A stretch of 64,000 bases of DNA, taken from positions 1,222 to 65,221 of IMG/VR virus record IMGVR_UViG_3300035199_000798, one strand, 5' to 3'. Below are positions 63,485 to 64,000 of this stretch, one piece after another. Positions within the stretch are counted from its first letter, which is position 1, and each line of letters starts with the position of its first letter. The notes beneath the pieces are model-generated. The model worked only from the letters and a program-made list of their open reading frames with translations, was not told where the DNA came from and did no database searches. The translations under genes and the position numbers were made by a program. Source of the DNA: a virus. Its lineage: Duplodnaviria; Caudoviricetes.

Positions 63485-63760
63485 ATGAATCAAGTTAAAA
63501 AAGTCATCTTAAACGTAATGGAAGATAACTGCGACATCAACCTGATGGTTCCTTACCAGAGAGAGCTATTGTCTGAGCTATGCGAACAAGCGCTTACCAA
63601 AGCTGTTATTGCTCAGGTTGCTGAGCTTCTGGGCGCGTCCTTGGAGTTTGACAATAACGGTCAAGCGGTGATTTACACTGGCGTCAACTTTCAGGAGCAA
63701 GCGCAAGCTGATGAAGCTGATGATGATGAAAACATGCCCATTCATGACTTTTTGGGCTAG
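63485..63760 (+). CDS. Hypothetical protein with an acidic tail
   Basis: Promoter at 63412-63440, AAGGA RBS, MNQVKK start. Confidence 0.6.
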   Translation: MNQVKKVILNVMEDNCDINLMVPYQRELLSELCEQALTKAVIAQVAELLGASLEFDNNGQAVIYTGVNFQEQAQADEADDDENMPIHDFLG

Positions 63761-63935
63761 CAACGCTTAAAGTTGAATATTGTCCTCCCAGGAGGGTTTT
63801 TGAAGGAAGTATTTTTGAAATAGAGTAGACGGATATAAGTTTTTTGCGGTAGGATGCGGAAAACGCTAGTAGCATTAAGCACATATACTACCGCATTGTC
63901 AACCCCAAAAAAGGGGTTAAAGGAGCTAATTACTC

Positions 63936-64000
63936 ATGGAGAGTAACGCATTGTTCAAGATGACCAAGCTACTATCGCACGAGTTCCTGGCGCATGTTAT
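63936..64000 (+). CDS. Start of a gene running off the window
   Basis: AAGGAG and CTAATTA just upstream; frame open to the edge. Confidence 0.4.
   Translation, partial: MESNALFKMTKLLSHEFLAHV

Noticed and set aside
63845-63918. Inverted repeats and a minus-strand TTGACA near the window end
   Set aside because: The -10 element is poor, there is no downstream minus-strand gene with a start, and context is cut off by the window edge
1-64000. Stop-codon reassignment, as seen in some large phages
   Set aside because: Conserved genes are full length in the standard code, and TAA, TAG and TGA all end genes

Overview
This 64 kb window comes from a large T4-like (contractile-tailed) bacteriophage genome. 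It uses the standard genetic code and essentially all genes are on the + strand. Positions 1-14 kb are the tail and baseplate module: terminator, sheath, two tube paralogues, a gp26/gp51-like chaperone pair, tape measure, baseplate proteins and hub. Positions 14-35 kb cover replication and nucleotide metabolism: a short family-A polymerase, a tubulin/FtsZ-like protein, gp32-like SSB, RecA, a nuclease + DNA methylase pair, 5'-3' exonuclease, DnaB-like helicase, class II RNR, DnaE, dUTPase, GH25 endolysin and a GuaB-like enzyme. Positions 35-54 kb hold probable head-internal proteins and a proteostasis set (GroEL, GroES-like, Hsp20, ClpX, two ClpP). Positions 54-64 kb are an early, hyperplastic region with MoxR/vWA genes, repeated sigma70-type promoters and many microproteins. 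Two tRNAs are present (Ile2-CAT, Leu-TAA). The most notable observations are: (i) a tandem array of ten overlapping 'MKVGDLV...LEVIN' microprotein genes joined by a dual-coding junction, with an apparent empty junction scar nearby; (ii) two secreted paralogues matching the myxobacterial gliding protein CglF/GltF pattern, which with other genes suggests a Myxococcota-like host; (iii) a recurrent CTA(A/T/G)TTA late-promoter motif, often leaderless; (iv) a +1 slippery site between the tail chaperones; (v) a ROSE-like thermometer on hsp20; (vi) an ORF-less promoter-to-terminator sRNA candidate; (vii) DnaA boxes ahead of the helicase. All protein calls come from motif recognition by eye. No database searches were run.
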